Part shown: piece by piece, positions 1 through 18,870 of the stretch | Layout: each line of letters opens with the position of its first letter | Numbering within the stretch: the first letter of the stretch is position 1 | Assembly (NCBI RefSeq): GCF_009914755.1 | Contig: NC_060931.1 | DNA: 64,000 nucleotides | Source: the human T2T-CHM13v2.0 reference genome, Homo sapiens | Reading direction: 5' to 3' (one strand) | Position numbers and translations under genes: made by a program | The notes under the pieces: generated by a model | Databases searched by the model: none | Told to the model about the DNA's origin: nothing | What the model saw: the letters and a program-made list of their open reading frames with translations, nothing else

Positions 1-489
1 AGAGGTTAGGAAACTGACCAAAGCTCCCACAATGCCGGGGTTATGCTGAATTTGATCCCAAGTCCAGCAAGACACAGTCCCTCCCTCCAGGAGCTCCCAG
101 GCCTGGGACCAGTGCAAGTAGCTGCATGATGAAGGATGGGGCTCCAAGCTGTGACGCTGGAGGGCAGGGGGCATGACAGGGAGCAGAGGGGAAGCCCCTA
201 AGTCAGAGGAAGGCCAGAAGTTCCCCAGTGCTGATGCCTGAACTGGACTTTGAAGGATGAGTAGGAGTAAGTTGCATGGACAAGGGGATCAACAGTTCCC
301 ACCAGTGGGACCAGCACCTCCAAAAATCCAGGGGCATGAAGGAGCAGGCTGTCCTGGGGAAATGCAAGCCCAGATGCCCAGGAGGAGGGGGCACAGGAGG
401 TGCAGGTGTCAGACTGAGGAGTCAGCAGCTGCTATGGGGCCACTAAAGAAGTCCCAAGTCATCCAAATAGGAAAAGAAGTCAAAGTATC

Positions 490-790
490 TTAGAAGAAAA
501 GAAGAAGGAGAAGGAGGAGAAGAGGAGGAGGAGGAGGAAGAGGAAGAGGAAGAAGAAGAAGAAGAGGAAGAGGAAGAGGAAGAAGAAGAAGCAGCAATGA
601 GAAGAAGAAGAGGAGGAGGAGAAGGAGGAAGAGGAAGGGGAAGAGGAGGAAGGGGAAAAGGAGGAGGAAGTGGAGGAGGAGGAGGGGAGGAAGGGGAAGA
701 AAGGGAAGAAGGAGAGGAATGGGAGGAAGGGGAGGAAAGGAGGGAGGGAAGGAGTAAGAGGAGGAGGAAAGAAGGAAGCAAGGAAGAAGG
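490..790 (+). repeat. GA-rich low-complexity tract, (GGA)n/(GAA)n
   Basis: About 300 bp of almost pure purine; explains the poly-S/E/L ORFs here. Confidence 0.95.
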
Positions 791-1129
791 AGTAGTCCCA
801 AGTCACTGGTCCCAGGAAGGTGCTTTGGTGTCCGTCAGCATCGTGATCGCAGGATTTTATCTTGGCCTGGCATGGTGCCACGCCTTGGGAGGTCTCCTAA
901 ACAACACCCCAGAACCCCCAGAACCCCCTCTCCCAGCCCCAGGCCCAGGCAGAGGTCAAGTTTTCAGTGTCTCTGTCCCCATTTGGGAACGAGTCTCTCT
1001 CCAACCAGCCCTCCCCTGCAAAAGTTTCCCCACTGACCTCCAGCCCTGACCCCAGCTGGTGGGAAATATTTGGTGAGCTCTACAGGTCAGGCTTACCGAA
1101 GACAGCTTCCAGGCATTAGGAGTGCCTGT

Positions 1130-1200
1130 GTAGACACACGTGTGCACACACATGCACATATACACACACACACACGCACATATACACGCACACACACATG
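1130..1200 (+). repeat. Degenerate (CA)n microsatellite
   Basis: cacacatgcacatatacacacacacacgcaca... Confidence 0.9.
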
Positions 1201-1259
1201 GGCAGGAGGACAAAAGCTATCCACACAGCATCTCCCAGCACGGAGGCAGTCTGGTCTGT

Positions 1260-2661
1260 GGAATGTGTTGAGATAATTTAATACTGGCTTGGACACACTG
1301 GATTCCAGGTGCAGGAACCCTGGAACCCCCTGGAATGTGCTAGAGATAAGCATAAGGCATCCTGTCTGTGCCCACTCCACCCTGGTTGGGAGTCGCAGAA
1401 TGAGGACCTCCTGACTTGAGACAGATTCTTTATCCAGAGAATCTGAGATTCCAATTCAGATCCTGGAGCTGGGCCTGCTACTCACCTCCCCAGTAAATGT
1501 CCAGGCAGCATTGGACAGAGAGGCTGGCCCCGCCCTGACGGGGGCTGAAGAACAGGCCCCCAGCAGCCTTGTTGTTGGGCTACTGAGCACTTCAGAGGTT
1601 GGGAGGACCTGGAACAGTCGCCCCAGATCCATGTGCCTTCTGTTTGGGGTACACCTGAGTAGCCTCTAACAGCCACTGATTGGCACCAAGAGAGAATCCA
1701 AATGTTGGCATCACAAACCTTAAGTATGGAGCAGGGAGCAAGTGCCTGGGGGCTGTTTGCCCCATCTTATGAATGAATAGCTCTCGTAATGTCTCTGGAT
1801 TTTTGGAGATGGGAAGAAATGGCCAAGTAACAGCATCCTCATTCCCAACTCTACTGAGAATCAACTACGGTGGAACAGAACATCAGGGGCTGCATGGGTG
1901 TGCGCCTCAGTTTCCCTCTACTGCCCCCAAACTGCCTACTCCAGGAGTTTCCCAAAAGGGAGGGGGAGATGAGGAGATAGGCATGCAAATGCCCATTTGG
2001 AGATTTTCAGCTACTCTGGCCATTATCCCATTTCAGAGCACACCAGACAGGAAGGGCAAAGAGGTCCCATCATGAGTGCCAAATTGATTGGTACTGGCTG
2101 CCCAGAACACTGTGCTGGGAAGAATTCTGACATCACCCATGTGCTGCACTTGATTGGTGATGTCTGCCATGGTCACAGCCATTCACCATCCCTCATCTTC
2201 AAGCTGGGCTGTCCCCTTTCCCTGAACCAGAGACAATTCGCCAGCCTGGACTTTGGTAACAGAGAGGGAGGCCCTGGCCACCCAGGTATAAACAACCCAC
2301 AGGACTCTTTGCCAGATTCTTCAGGACCTTAGGAAACACAGATTGGCCCGTCATTCCCCAATTTTCCAGGACCATGCCTGCTTCCTTTTCTGAAGATGTT
2401 AATGTTGCTTGTATTAGGAAACACTCATCTAAAATAGAAACACATTACAGGGTTAATTTCTCCTCTGTAAGAATGGCTAAATGCTTTCTTTCTCGCTGGG
2501 GACTCGAGGGACGATCTGGCTGTCACCAGAAGTCACCTTGGAGCCATCAAGAACTCTACCCAATAAAGGGAAGACAGGCCTTGGCGCTGTGCTCTGGGTT
2601 AACGTTCGCAGAAACGTGCTCCACTCCTAAAGCCCAAACGACCTCTCAAGTCTGGGTCACC
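1260..2661 (-). other. MMD2: MMD2 3' UTR (about 1.4 kb, Alu-free)
   Basis: Unique sequence between the stop codon and the first minus-strand ATTAAA/AATAAA I could find. Confidence 0.7.
1277..1282 (-). terminator. Poly(A) signal ATTAAA with downstream GU/U-rich sequence
   Basis: Plus-strand tttaat at 1277-1282; downstream on the minus strand come GCTGTGTGGATAGCTTTTGT and a (TG)-rich tract (1200-1130). Confidence 0.7.
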
Positions 2662-2865
2662 TCATTTGGACACCTTGGTCTGCAGGGTGCTGGGCAGATA
2701 GAGGTACCTCCAGATGGCATAGTAGTGGGTACCAGCACCAAATGCTACAAAGAGATGCCAGATGGCGTGGGCAAAGGGGATCCTCCCGTCACTCTTGAAG
2801 AAGACCATGCCCAGGCAGTAGAAGACCCCTCCGGTCACCAGCTCCCAGATGCCCTCGGTGTTGGG
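2662..2865 (-). CDS. MMD2: MMD2 exon 7 coding part ([13 protein letters not shown]...HAIWH...TKVSK*), 204 nt
   Basis: Acceptor ccttgccgacAG|CCC; stop TGA at 2664-2662; HxxxH motif HAIWH. Confidence 0.96.
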   Translation of the reverse strand, partial: PNTEGIWELVTGGVFYCLGMVFFKSDGRIPFAHAIWHLFVAFGAGTHYYAIWRYLYLPSTLQTKVSK

Positions 2866-3172
2866 CTGTCGGCAAGGACAAGGGTGGGGCACAGGTCAGA
2901 GGGGCAGTCAGTGTGGCTGAAAGCACCAGCCAGTCCCCACCACCCAAAACCAAAAGACATGCAGATGGCAAACCAGCCCAGACTCCCAGGTGGGAAGCCT
3001 CAACACTGACATACCAGCAATTCTCCCCAGACTAGTTCTCAGATGATAGACATTCTCATTTCTATTAAAACTTCACCAATTTTTTTTCTTTTGACAGGGT
3101 CTCGGTCTGTTGCCCCAGCGGGAGTGCAGTGGCACAAGCGTAGCTCACTGTAGCCTCCAACTCCTGGGATGA

Positions 3173-3391
<219 letters not shown>

Positions 3392-3429
3392 TAACTTATC
3401 TTATCTGGTTTTGTTTTTTTTTTTTTTGA

Positions 3430-3644
<215 letters not shown>

Positions 3645-3734
3645 TGATCTGCCCACCTTGGCCTCCCAAAGTGCTGGGATTATAGGCGGAAGCCACTGCG
3701 CCTGGCCTATAGCTTATCTTTTGTAAAAATGTAA

Positions 3735-4290
3735 TACATCTGGGTATATACCCAAAGAATTGAAAGCAGGGTCTTGACAGATACTTGCACACCCATGTTC
3801 ATAGCAGTATAATCACAACAGCAAAAGGTGGAGGCAACCCAGGGGTCAGCCAAGGAATGAATGGATAAACGAAATGAGCTCAAGGCCGGGCATGGTGGCT
3901 CACGCCTATAATCCCAGCACTTTGGAGGCTAAGGAGGGCGGATCACGAGGTCAGGAGTTCGAGACCAGCCTGGCCAACATAGTGAAACCCCATCTCTACT
4001 AAAAATACAACAATTAGCCGAGAGTGGTGGCACGCGCCTGTAATCCCAGCTACTCAGGAGGCCAAGGCACGAGAATCACTTGAACCTGGGAGTTGGAGGT
4101 TGCAGTAAGCCGAGATCGTGCCACTGCATTCCACGCTGGGCAACAGAGTGAGACTCCATCTCAAAAAAAAAAAAAAAAAATGAGGACAGGACAGAGTTAT
4201 AGTTTGCAGAGATGCAAAAAGTTCTTGAGATGGATGGTGGTGATGGACGCACGACAATGTGAGTGTGCTTACTACCACTGAACTGAATAT
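3735..4290 (+). mobile_element. Old L1 (L1MB-like) 3' fragments split by an Alu
   Basis: ctgggtatatacccaaagaattgaaagcaggg...cccatgttcatagcag...atgaatggataaac; gagatggatggtggtgatgg...acaatgtga...ccactgaactg. Confidence 0.75.
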
Positions 4291-4750
4291 TTTACCACAG
4301 TTTTTTAAAGTAATGGCATGGCAAACAAAAAAAAGTAGAGAAAATAATTTTTGTTTTTGCTTCATGGCAAAAAATATTTAGAGAAAAAAAACATGGTAAG
4401 AAAAAAGTAGTAGTCCTGGCCCCCAGATGTGAGTACTATTAACACGAGTTGTTCTTAGTGAAAGAAACTCTCCGCAGGGCACGGTAGCTCATGCCTGTAA
4501 TCCCAGCACTTTGGAAGGCCAAGGTGGGCTTAAGCCCAGGAGATCGAGACCAGCCTGGGCAACATAGTGAGACCCCATCTCTAAAAAAAAGAAACACTCA
4601 TAGAATAGGAGGGAATTAAGCAAGAAGAACCTGCCAAGCCCTCGCCAGACCAGGAATTCAAGACCATCCTAGGCAGCACAGGGAGATCCTGCCTCTACAA
4701 AAAAAAAAAAAAAAGAATTGTTTTTTTGAAACAGAGTTTCACTGTTGTAG

Positions 4751-5218
<468 letters not shown>

Positions 5219-5290
5219 CTGGCAGGAAGACAAGCCGTGCCGGCCTTAGGACATGCCTCCCCACGAAGAAACTGCACACAGCTCCCTGTT
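5219..5290 (-). CDS. MMD2: MMD2 exon 6 in-frame 5' extension (alternative acceptor, +24 aa [24 protein letters not shown]; 270-aa isoform)
   Basis: Upstream acceptor ccctcttccccaAG at 5292-5291, exactly 72 nt before the main acceptor, open in frame (ORF 5125..5355). 246+24=270 aa agrees with my recollection of a longer MMD2 isoform. Confidence 0.75.
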
Positions 5291-5824
5291 CTTGGGGAAG
5301 AGGGAACACTCTGGCCAGAACAGTGAGAAGAAAGGACGCTTTCTCTGTCCAGCACGCCTTGGCTCAGATTTCACCCAGCTACATCCAACAGGTGCTGGCA
5401 GTTATGTGACCCTGGGCACTTTCCCTCCCTGAGACTCACTTTCCACATCTGTAAAATGCATGCTGGTGCCAGAGCAGGGATTACAAACATTGGGCATAGC
5501 ACACACATGGGCACTTCCGATGCTCAGCCCATGGTAGACATCACTATTCGATCCTAGCATCTCTTCCCACAAGGCCCAAGCAGCCACTTCCAATTGAGCT
5601 GGGTTGCTGCAGCAGCTGAAGCCTCTTTGCTGTCCCTGGACTAAATGACTTCCAGAGGTTCCTGGGCTCTGAGACTGCAGGAAGTCTGTTATGTTCTTTT
5701 GCTTGTATCGTCCTGTTTCTTTCCCCACTGAATTATTTCCATCCCCATCACTCGAAAGAATGGGAATACAGAGAGTGTGGCTCTCTCAAGACCTCTCCCC
5801 TTCATCTGCTAATAATTTAGGTAG

Positions 5825-6049
<225 letters not shown>

Positions 6050-6412
6050 TGACACCCAGCTAATTTTTGTATTTTTAATAGAGACAGGGTTTCATCATGT
6101 TGGCCAGGCTGGTCTTGAACTCCTGACCTCAAGTGATCTGCCTGCCTCGTGGATCACTCGGCCTCCCAAAGTGCTGGGATTACAGATGTGAGCCACCATG
6201 CCTGGCCACCTATGATGTCTTTTTGACAACTTCAAGTTGACCCTAGGGTCTGCAAGACCTGGTGGCCACCCATGAGCCTGAATGACGTGACAGCCAGAGC
6301 TGTGCTCTCACGATTATGAGATCATCCTGGACTCTCGGCAGCCCAGGAGTGCTGGGGAGGCCAGAGCATCTAAGGGAATCCCGCCTCCCTGAAGCCCCCA
6401 GGCCTGGCTTAC

Positions 6413-6514
6413 CGCTCATGGAAGAAGAAGACATAGATGGTGCCCACGGAAGCCATAATCCAGACCAGCCAGCGCATGTGGGAGGCCCAGGGGCCCAGCT
6501 CCCGAAGGTTCAGC
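6413..6514 (-). CDS. MMD2: MMD2 exon 5 ([35 protein letters not shown]), 102 nt
   Basis: Acceptor tctctcccAG|G, donor CG|GTAAGC; matches the tail of ORF 6409..6654. Confidence 0.96.
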
Positions 6515-6847
6515 CTGGGAGAGAAAGAGCCAAGGCCATGGCCCTGAGGGGGGCCCACCAGGACCCCGGCCCTCGAGGACCGGCCTGTCACAGGAAATGG
6601 ACCCCAGGGAAGTCCTGTCACCTGTGACTCCACGGCTGGGACATGGGCGCTCACAGGAAGACGGGTGAACAGGCAGAAAGGGTGCTAGATAACTTGAAAC
6701 AGCAAGCAATGATTAGAGGAAAATTAGCAAAATTGATAATATCTAGAAGAAAAGGTAAGTAGCACCTCAAACTGGTGGGATTATGAACAAGTAAAGCCTG
6801 TTTGGGGGCGATTGTGCATTCTCTGTAACCGCAGTTCCGGCAGCTAA

Positions 6848-7200
<353 letters not shown>

Positions 7201-7241
7201 TGAGCCACCGCGCCCGGCCTCCAATCCTTTGTTAATAATTA

Positions 7242-7376
<135 letters not shown>

Positions 7377-7612
7377 TCAAAAAAATTAAAAATAATAATA
7401 ATTAAAAAATAAAAAATAGGAAGAAGAACTGTTTTTACCAACATAGATAGATCTCTAAGCTATATTGTGAGGTGTTCAGGAGGGTGGAGGGTATGAACCA
7501 AGAAGAATAAGATGACAATATTGTGTGTATGTATAAAGAGATAACTGTTGGCCGGGCGCGGTGGCTCACGCCTGTAATCCCAGCACTTTGGGAGGCTGAG
7601 GCGGGCAGATCA

Positions 7613-7858
<246 letters not shown>

Positions 7859-7973
7859 TCAATGCACAGAAAAAGATCTGAACCTCTTCCTAAGTGGTTT
7901 TGTCTGGAAAGGTGTAGTTAACAGTGGTGGTGATGACTGAGGAAGAGGGTCCTTTAAGTTTTTTCTGGAATGA

Positions 7974-8213
<240 letters not shown>

Positions 8214-9164
8214 TGATCTGCCCTCCTCGGCCTGCCAAAGTGCTGGGATTACAGGCGTGAGCCACGCGCCTGGCCTGGAATGAATTTCTGAAATGAGAAT
8301 GTGTTATGTAAAACTTCTGCCAAAAAAAGTGACCTGCTTGGAGTCTGTCATTATAAAGAATTTAAGTAACACCGAAAAGTTTAAGAGTAAAAAATAATAA
8401 CCCATCTCATTACCCAAAATAACCATCAGTGAACATCATTCTAGATATCCTTCCAAGTAGACCTAAAAATAGGTCACTGGGTAGAAGGATAGGACGGGAT
8501 GAAGGGAAAGGAGAAAGGGTGAGAATTAAAGTTATACACATCTTTTTTAATTAAAAGTATTACATTTAATTTTAACTTGACTTCAAAAGAAGAAAATGGA
8601 CACTTACAAATTTTGCTGAACTTCAAACAAATGTTTCTTCACCATAAAATTCACTTGGACTCTAAAGTTAAGATAAATTATGTAAAGCACAAGAAAACTG
8701 GATTTTCTGCCTGGCACAGTGTCTCACGCCTGTAATCCCAGCACTTTGGGAGGCCGAGGCAGGTGGATCCACCTGTGGTCAGGAGTTCAAGACCAGCCTG
8801 GCCCAAATGGTGAAACCCCATCTCCACTAAAAATACAAAAATTAGTTGGGAGTGGTGGCGGAAGCCTATAATTCCAGCTATTTGGGAGGCTCAGGCAGGA
8901 GAATTGCTTGAACCCGGGAGGCAGGGTTTGCACTGAGCCAAGATCACGCCATTGCGTTCCAGCCTGGGCAACAAGAGCGAAACTCTATCTCGGCAAAAAA
9001 AAAAAAAAAAAAAAAAAGTGGATTTTTTTTTCAAGCCGTTCTCCTGCCTTAGCCTCCCGAGTAGTTGGGACCACAGGTGCCTGCCACCACGCCCGACTAA
9101 TTTTTTGTATTTTTAGTAGAGACGGGGTTTCACCGTGTTAGCCAGGATGGTCTCGATCTCCTGA

Positions 9165-9473
<309 letters not shown>

Positions 9474-10096
9474 TGACCATGGTGCCTATTGTTTTTATGT
9501 CTGCATGACAACCCCATTTGATAGTTTATTCTGAAGTTTATCTCTGGGAAATTATTAGAAGTGTCTCCACTGTGTGTCAGCATTAAGTGGTGCTGTGGCC
9601 ACATTCAGAAGCCAGCTTGTTTTTTTCACATTGCAAATAATTTACTTTTTCAGTCTCAATGCCTGCAGAATTTGTCTCTTTCATTTCCATCAGCTTCTCT
9701 CTGATTGCTGTAATTTAGACTTTTTGAAAATGTATTCTCCCTGTTTATGTAAAACCTTCAATATTTATTTGGTTTTCGGTTTGTTTGTTTTTGTCCCCAA
9801 CAAAGAGAGGGAGCTGGGGGTTTTGTTTGTGACAATACCCTCAGATACCAGCACAGGGCCTGGCACAGGGCAGTGCCCAGTCAATCACAACCAGGGGTAA
9901 AGGTAAAGAAGAGAAACTCAGGCCGGGCGCGGTGGCTCGCACCTGTAATCTCATCACTGTGGGAGGCCGAGGCAGGCAGATCACCTGAGGTCAGGAGTTT
10001 CAGACCACCCTGGCCAACATGGTGAAACCCCATCTCTACTAAAAATACAAAAATTAGCAGGGTATGGTGGCATGTGCCTGTAGTCCTAGCTACTCA

Positions 10097-10562
<466 letters not shown>

Positions 10563-10589
10563 TTAAAAGCTATATTAAATAAATTAAAT

Positions 10590-11166
<577 letters not shown>

Positions 11167-11276
11167 CTAACTCCTTTGTGCCAAGTCAACACATTACCCA
11201 GCCAAATAGAAAAATAAATTCAAACAATGAAAAGAAAGGCCGCCAAGGGTTTGCTGGGCGGCGGGACGGTACTCAC

Positions 11277-11351
11277 CAGGGTGCGTAGGAAGCCGCTATG
11301 AAGAAATAGATGACCATCCGGTCGAACATGTGTAGACAGTGTTCCACCATC
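11277..11351 (-). CDS. MMD2: MMD2 exon 4 ([26 protein letters not shown]), 75 nt
   Basis: Acceptor gccctAG|G, donor TG|GTGAGT; phase 2-2; contains the conserved Asp and the IAASYxP motif of the HlyIII/PAQR family. Confidence 0.95.
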
Positions 11352-11517
11352 CTAGGGCGGCAGAGAAGCCGGCAGTCACAGCCCCTGCACAGCAGGGAAG
11401 GGCCAGTGCCCCCAGAGCCGTGCCCTGGACTGATCGTGCCTGCCTACAGGTTAGCAGGGCTGGGCTCCTCTGTCCAGCCAAGACCCCTTGGCCCTCAGAA
11501 TCCCCATCTGTAAGTGA

Positions 11518-11889
<372 letters not shown>

Positions 11890-11968
11890 TGATCCACCCG
11901 CCTCGGTCTCCTAAAGTGCTGGGATTACAAGCGTGAGCCACCGCACCTGGCCATCCTCCCCTACTTTA

Positions 11969-12367
<399 letters not shown>

Positions 12368-12414
12368 TTACGTGCCCCTCAAGACTGTCTGGGAGCTGAC
12401 ATTCTAATGCTAGA

Positions 12415-12960
<546 letters not shown>

Positions 12961-13059
12961 TCAAAAAAAAAATAAAAAATAGATAAATAATAAAAATAAA
13001 TAAATAAACACCAACCATTTTTATGATGACCTCACCTTGTATAGTGAGCGATAACCCTC

Positions 13060-13543
13060 AATACATGGGACTGGAATGGTGCCAGCCTCCACAATGGTGC
13101 CAATGAGTCAAGCCCCTAGTATTCACACACTGGGACCCTCCCCTCCCAAAACAAATAAGGTAAACTCAGGGAACAAATAGGACATTGCAGAAATGATGGT
13201 GTGTGGTTCCTGAGGCCAGATCATAAAAGACATTACAGCTTCTGCCTTGTTCTATTAAGTCGCTAAGTTTGGGGAAAACAAGCTCCCATGTGGCTGTGAA
13301 GACAGCCACACTACAACCCAGCACTAGCTCACCAGCCAAGTGAGGGAGCTTAGAGCCTCCAGCCCCAGTCAAGCCATCAGATGACAGCAGCCCCAGCCAG
13401 CCTCTGACTACAGGAAACAGCACAGACTGGAGCCACACAGCTAAAGCTCTCAAACTCTTATTTGAGACAGAGTAAGTGTTTCTTGTTATTTTAAGCCATA
13501 GTGCTCTGGGATACTTGGTTACAAAGCAATCACTGACCAGTAC
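13060..13543 (+). mobile_element. ERVL-MaLR solo LTR (MLT1-type)
   Basis: ccagccccagtcaagccatcagatgacagcagcccc...tgttattttaagcca...tggttacaaagcaat...taca is a typical MLT1 3' half. Confidence 0.75.
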
Positions 13544-14223
13544 AAACTGTGGCTCTGTCTAGCAAAGTGCAGCCCTGAACAAATTTGACTAATGATTGTA
13601 TGCACGGCTCAACTGCATGTCTTCCTAGAAATTAAAGGGAGTGGCATATAGCTTTATGGGGGGCCTGGATTCCCAGAGTCAGCTTGAGTTGAATGTGCCT
13701 GCTATGCAACCTTGAGCAAATAAGGTTTCTTTTCTTTTTCTTTTCTTTCTTTCTTTTTTTTTTTTTTTGAGACAGATTCTCACTCCGTTGCCTTAGCTGG
13801 AGTGCAGTGGCACTATCTAGACTCACTGCAACCTCCGCCTACCAGGTTCAAGCAATTCTCGTGCCTCAGCCCCCTGAGTAGCTGGGATTACAGGTGTGTG
13901 CCAGCCCCAGTGCCTGGCTAATTTTTGTATTTTTAGGAGAGACAGGGTTTCACCATGTTGGCCAGGCTGGTTTCAAACTCTTGACCTCAAGTGATCCTCC
14001 TACCTCGGCCACCCAAAATGCTGGGATTACAGGCATGAGACACCTTGCCTGGCCTGTAATTTTTTTTTTTTTAATCAAAACTAGCCAGGCACAGTGGCTC
14101 ACACTTGTAATCCCGGCACTTTGGGAAGCCAAGGAGGGCAGATCGCCTGAGCCCAGGAATTCAAGGCCAGCCTGGGCAACATGATGAAACCCCATCTGTA
14201 CAAGAAATACATAAAATTAGCTA

Positions 14224-14394
<171 letters not shown>

Positions 14395-14774
14395 TCAGGG
14401 ATTCTAGTGCCTGCATTGCAGAATTATTAGAAAGATTAGGGAATGGCGCCTGTAGCATGCCTGGAACGAAGCCCAGAGGGGAGCTGGCCCGTCGTGACCA
14501 CCCTGCAGCCAGCAAGGGCTTTTCTCTTGGTCCTCTCAGAAGCAAGCAAAACAAGTCAGGCGTGAAGGCTCATTTCCGAAACTCCAGCACTTTGGGAGGC
14601 TGAAGCAGGTGGATCACTAGAGCCCATGAGTTGGAGAACAGCCTGGGCAACATGGTGGAACCCCATCTCTACAAAAAGATACAAGAATTAGCCAGGCATG
14701 ATGGCACACACCTGTGGTCTCAGTTCCTCAGGCGGCTGAGGCAGGAGGTGCTTGAGCCCTGGAGGTGGAGGCTA

Positions 14775-15336
<562 letters not shown>

Positions 15337-15437
15337 TCACCAGGCAGACCGGATATCCTGGTTCACCCCCCGGGCTGCCATGGGTCCCCCTGCCCCGACC
15401 CCCTACCCGGCATGGGTCCCCTCTAGGCGGGAGGCAC

Positions 15438-15598
15438 CTGAGATGGCTCTTCTTCCAGGAGATGGTGTGAAACACAGTGGACACCACGAAGAGGCCGCAG
15501 AGGCCGAGGCCGTAGATCCAGGCAGAGATGGTCTCCCAGTCATCGTCCGACAGGAAGTAGAGGTTGGAGCTGCCCAGGATGCTGGGGATGATCCAGAA
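15438..15598 (-). CDS. MMD2: MMD2 exon 3 (FWIIPSILG...[15 protein letters not shown]), 161 nt
   Basis: Acceptor cccctccAG|TTC, donor AG|GTGCCT; encodes TM1-TM2 and the SxxxH motif. Confidence 0.95.
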
Positions 15599-15771
15599 CT
15601 GGAGGGGCAGGGACGGCAGGGACAGGTGCAGCAGCTGGGTGGCTCAGAGCACACCTCCTGCCCCTTCCCCGGCTGAGCTGCCCAACGTGGCAGCACTCGG
15701 CTCTTGAAATGTGGTCAGTGCCACTGAAGAACGGAATCATTTTATTTCACTTTAAGGGATTCAGGTGTAAA

Positions 15772-16010
15772 TTTCCTTTCTTCCTTCCTTCCCTCCCTCC
15801 CTCTCTCCTTTCCCTTTCCTTCTTTCCTTCCAGCCTTCCTTCCTTCCTCTCTTCTTTCCTTCCTTTCCTTTCCCTTTTCCCCTTTCCTTTCCTTTTTTTC
15901 TTTTCTTTCTCTTTTCCTTTCCTCTTTCTTTCTTCCCCTTCCCTCCTCCCTCTCTCCTCCCTCCCTCCCTCCCTCCCTTCCTCCCTTTCTCTCTTCCGTC
16001 CTTCCTTGTC
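15772..16010 (+). repeat. CT-rich low-complexity tract, (TTCC)n-like, at an Alu tail
   Basis: About 240 bp of polypyrimidine preceding a minus-strand Alu. Confidence 0.92.
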
Positions 16011-16660
16011 TTGTCCCCCATGCTGGAGTGCAGTGGTGCAATCACAGTTCACTACAGCCTCAACTTCCTGGGCTCAAGTGATCCTCCCACCTTGGCCTCC
16101 CAAGTAGCTGGGACTACAGGCACACACCACCACGACTGGCCAATTTTTATATTTTTTATAGAGGTGGGGTCTGGCTATAATGCCCAGGCTGGTCTTGAAC
16201 TCCTGACCTCAGGCTATCCTCCCACCTTGGCCTCCAAAGGATTGGGATTATAGGCGTGAGCCACCATGCCCAGCCTCAGGTGTCAATTTCAACAGCCATG
16301 TGGGGCCAGTGGCTGCCAACCTGGACAGTGCAGGTCTAGATCTTTGATTCAATTCTCAAAGCGGTCCATGTATGAAATGGTCAAAGACCACGTCCCAGAG
16401 AGTGGCCATCCCCACCACATCCCAGCCCCTCTCTGGGCCACCACACAGAGAAGTATGATGTGCCACATGTGACCCATCATCACCACTGATGTCCTGACCT
16501 CATCTGCTTGGACTGCCCTGAAGGAAGAGCCCAGCCCTAAGCAGCACAGGCGCCCAGGTACCATTCAGCTTGTAAACAGGTTTAAATAGTGGATGGCGGC
16601 CAGGTGCGGTGGCTCACACCTGTAATCCCAGCACTTTAGGAGGCCGAGGCGGGCAGATCA

Positions 16661-16915
<255 letters not shown>

Positions 16916-17283
16916 TCAGCCCCTACCGTGTGCATCCTCCAGGACTCACTGAACGCAATCTGCCTGCAAGATCAGCCCAGGTGAGTCCCAAAGGAAAGAG
17001 GTATCCCGCTAGCCTCCCCGACACCCAGGCTGGGCGCCGGATGGGGACAGGTCAACAGCAATGCACCAGAATGGGATGGCTCCTTAATAAGAGGCCTTCA
17101 GCCACCCACATGTCCATCTGCGTATGGCAGACTGAACATCAACAGGGAAGATAGAAGCCTTGCTGTAGGGGATGGAATTATAACTTTAAAAAATCATTTC
17201 TGGCCGGGTGCGGTGGCTCACACCTGTAATCCCAGCGCTTTGGGAGGCTGAGGCCAGGAGGATCACCTGAGGTCAGGAGTTCA

Positions 17284-17848
<565 letters not shown>

Positions 17849-18714
17849 TTAGAGATGGAATCGCTCTCTGTTGCCCAGGCTGGAGTGCAGTGGTACAATC
17901 ATAGCTCACTGCAGCCTCGACATCCTGGGTTCACATGATCCTCTTGCCTTGGCCTCCTGAGTAGCTGGGACCACAGACACATGCCACTGCACCTGGCTCC
18001 TAGTTTGTGCTATTTTGCGATCACCTACCATGCCTAGTATTCATTGAGTTCCTCTCTCACTCATTCATTCATTCCACAAACCTGTGAGCACAGGACATGT
18101 CCTCAGGAATGAAATGATACATGCCCATCACCCTGCCCTCACCCTGTGCTCATAGGTGCTAACTGAGGGAGCATCCAACAAATGAATAAGTTAACAGCAG
18201 GGGCCTGGTACCTGTGACTCAGTCACCCACTTCCTGGAGCCTGCTGGACTATGAATATGCCTTGTGTTTATAGCATCAGTGGTCAGAGGAGATCATAAAT
18301 AGGTTTTTGTCCCCAACCTCACAGCTTCTCCCAGGTATGATGGCAGAATCAATTCAGCACTTTTTTTTTTTTTGTAAACGAGTTTCACTCATTCTGTCCT
18401 GCACTCAACTGGAGTAAAGTGGCACAATCTTGGCTCACTGCAGCCTCTGCCTCCTGGGTTCAAGTGATTCTCCTGCCTCAGCCACCTCAGTAGCTGGGAT
18501 TACAGGCGCATACTACCACACCTGGCTAATTTTTGTATTTTTAGTAGAGATGGGGTTTCACCATGTTGGCCAGGCTGGTCTCGAACTCCCAACCTCAAGT
18601 GATCCGCCCGCCTCAGCCACCCAAAGTGCTGGGATTACAGGTGTGAGCCACTGCATCCGGCCAATTCAGCACCTCTTTCCTCAGGAGTGTGCTGTCAAAG
18701 AAACACACTTGTCA

Positions 18715-18870
18715 ATGTGCCTACATTGTGCCAACATGGTGCCTTCAGCAACACTCACAGCCACCCTTGGGAGTGGCTCTTACGATGTCCATTCTACAGA
18801 TAAGGAAACTGAGGCTCAGGGCCACTAAATGATGGAGCTGGGATTCAAAGGCAGGTCTTCTCTTCCTAGA
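18715..18870 (-). mobile_element. MIR SINE fragment
   Basis: ccattctacagataaggaaactgaggctcag...gagctgggattcaaa. Confidence 0.7.

Noticed and set aside
2374-3009. 211-aa plus-strand ORF
   Set aside because: Antisense shadow of MMD2 exon 7; no recognisable domain or promoter.
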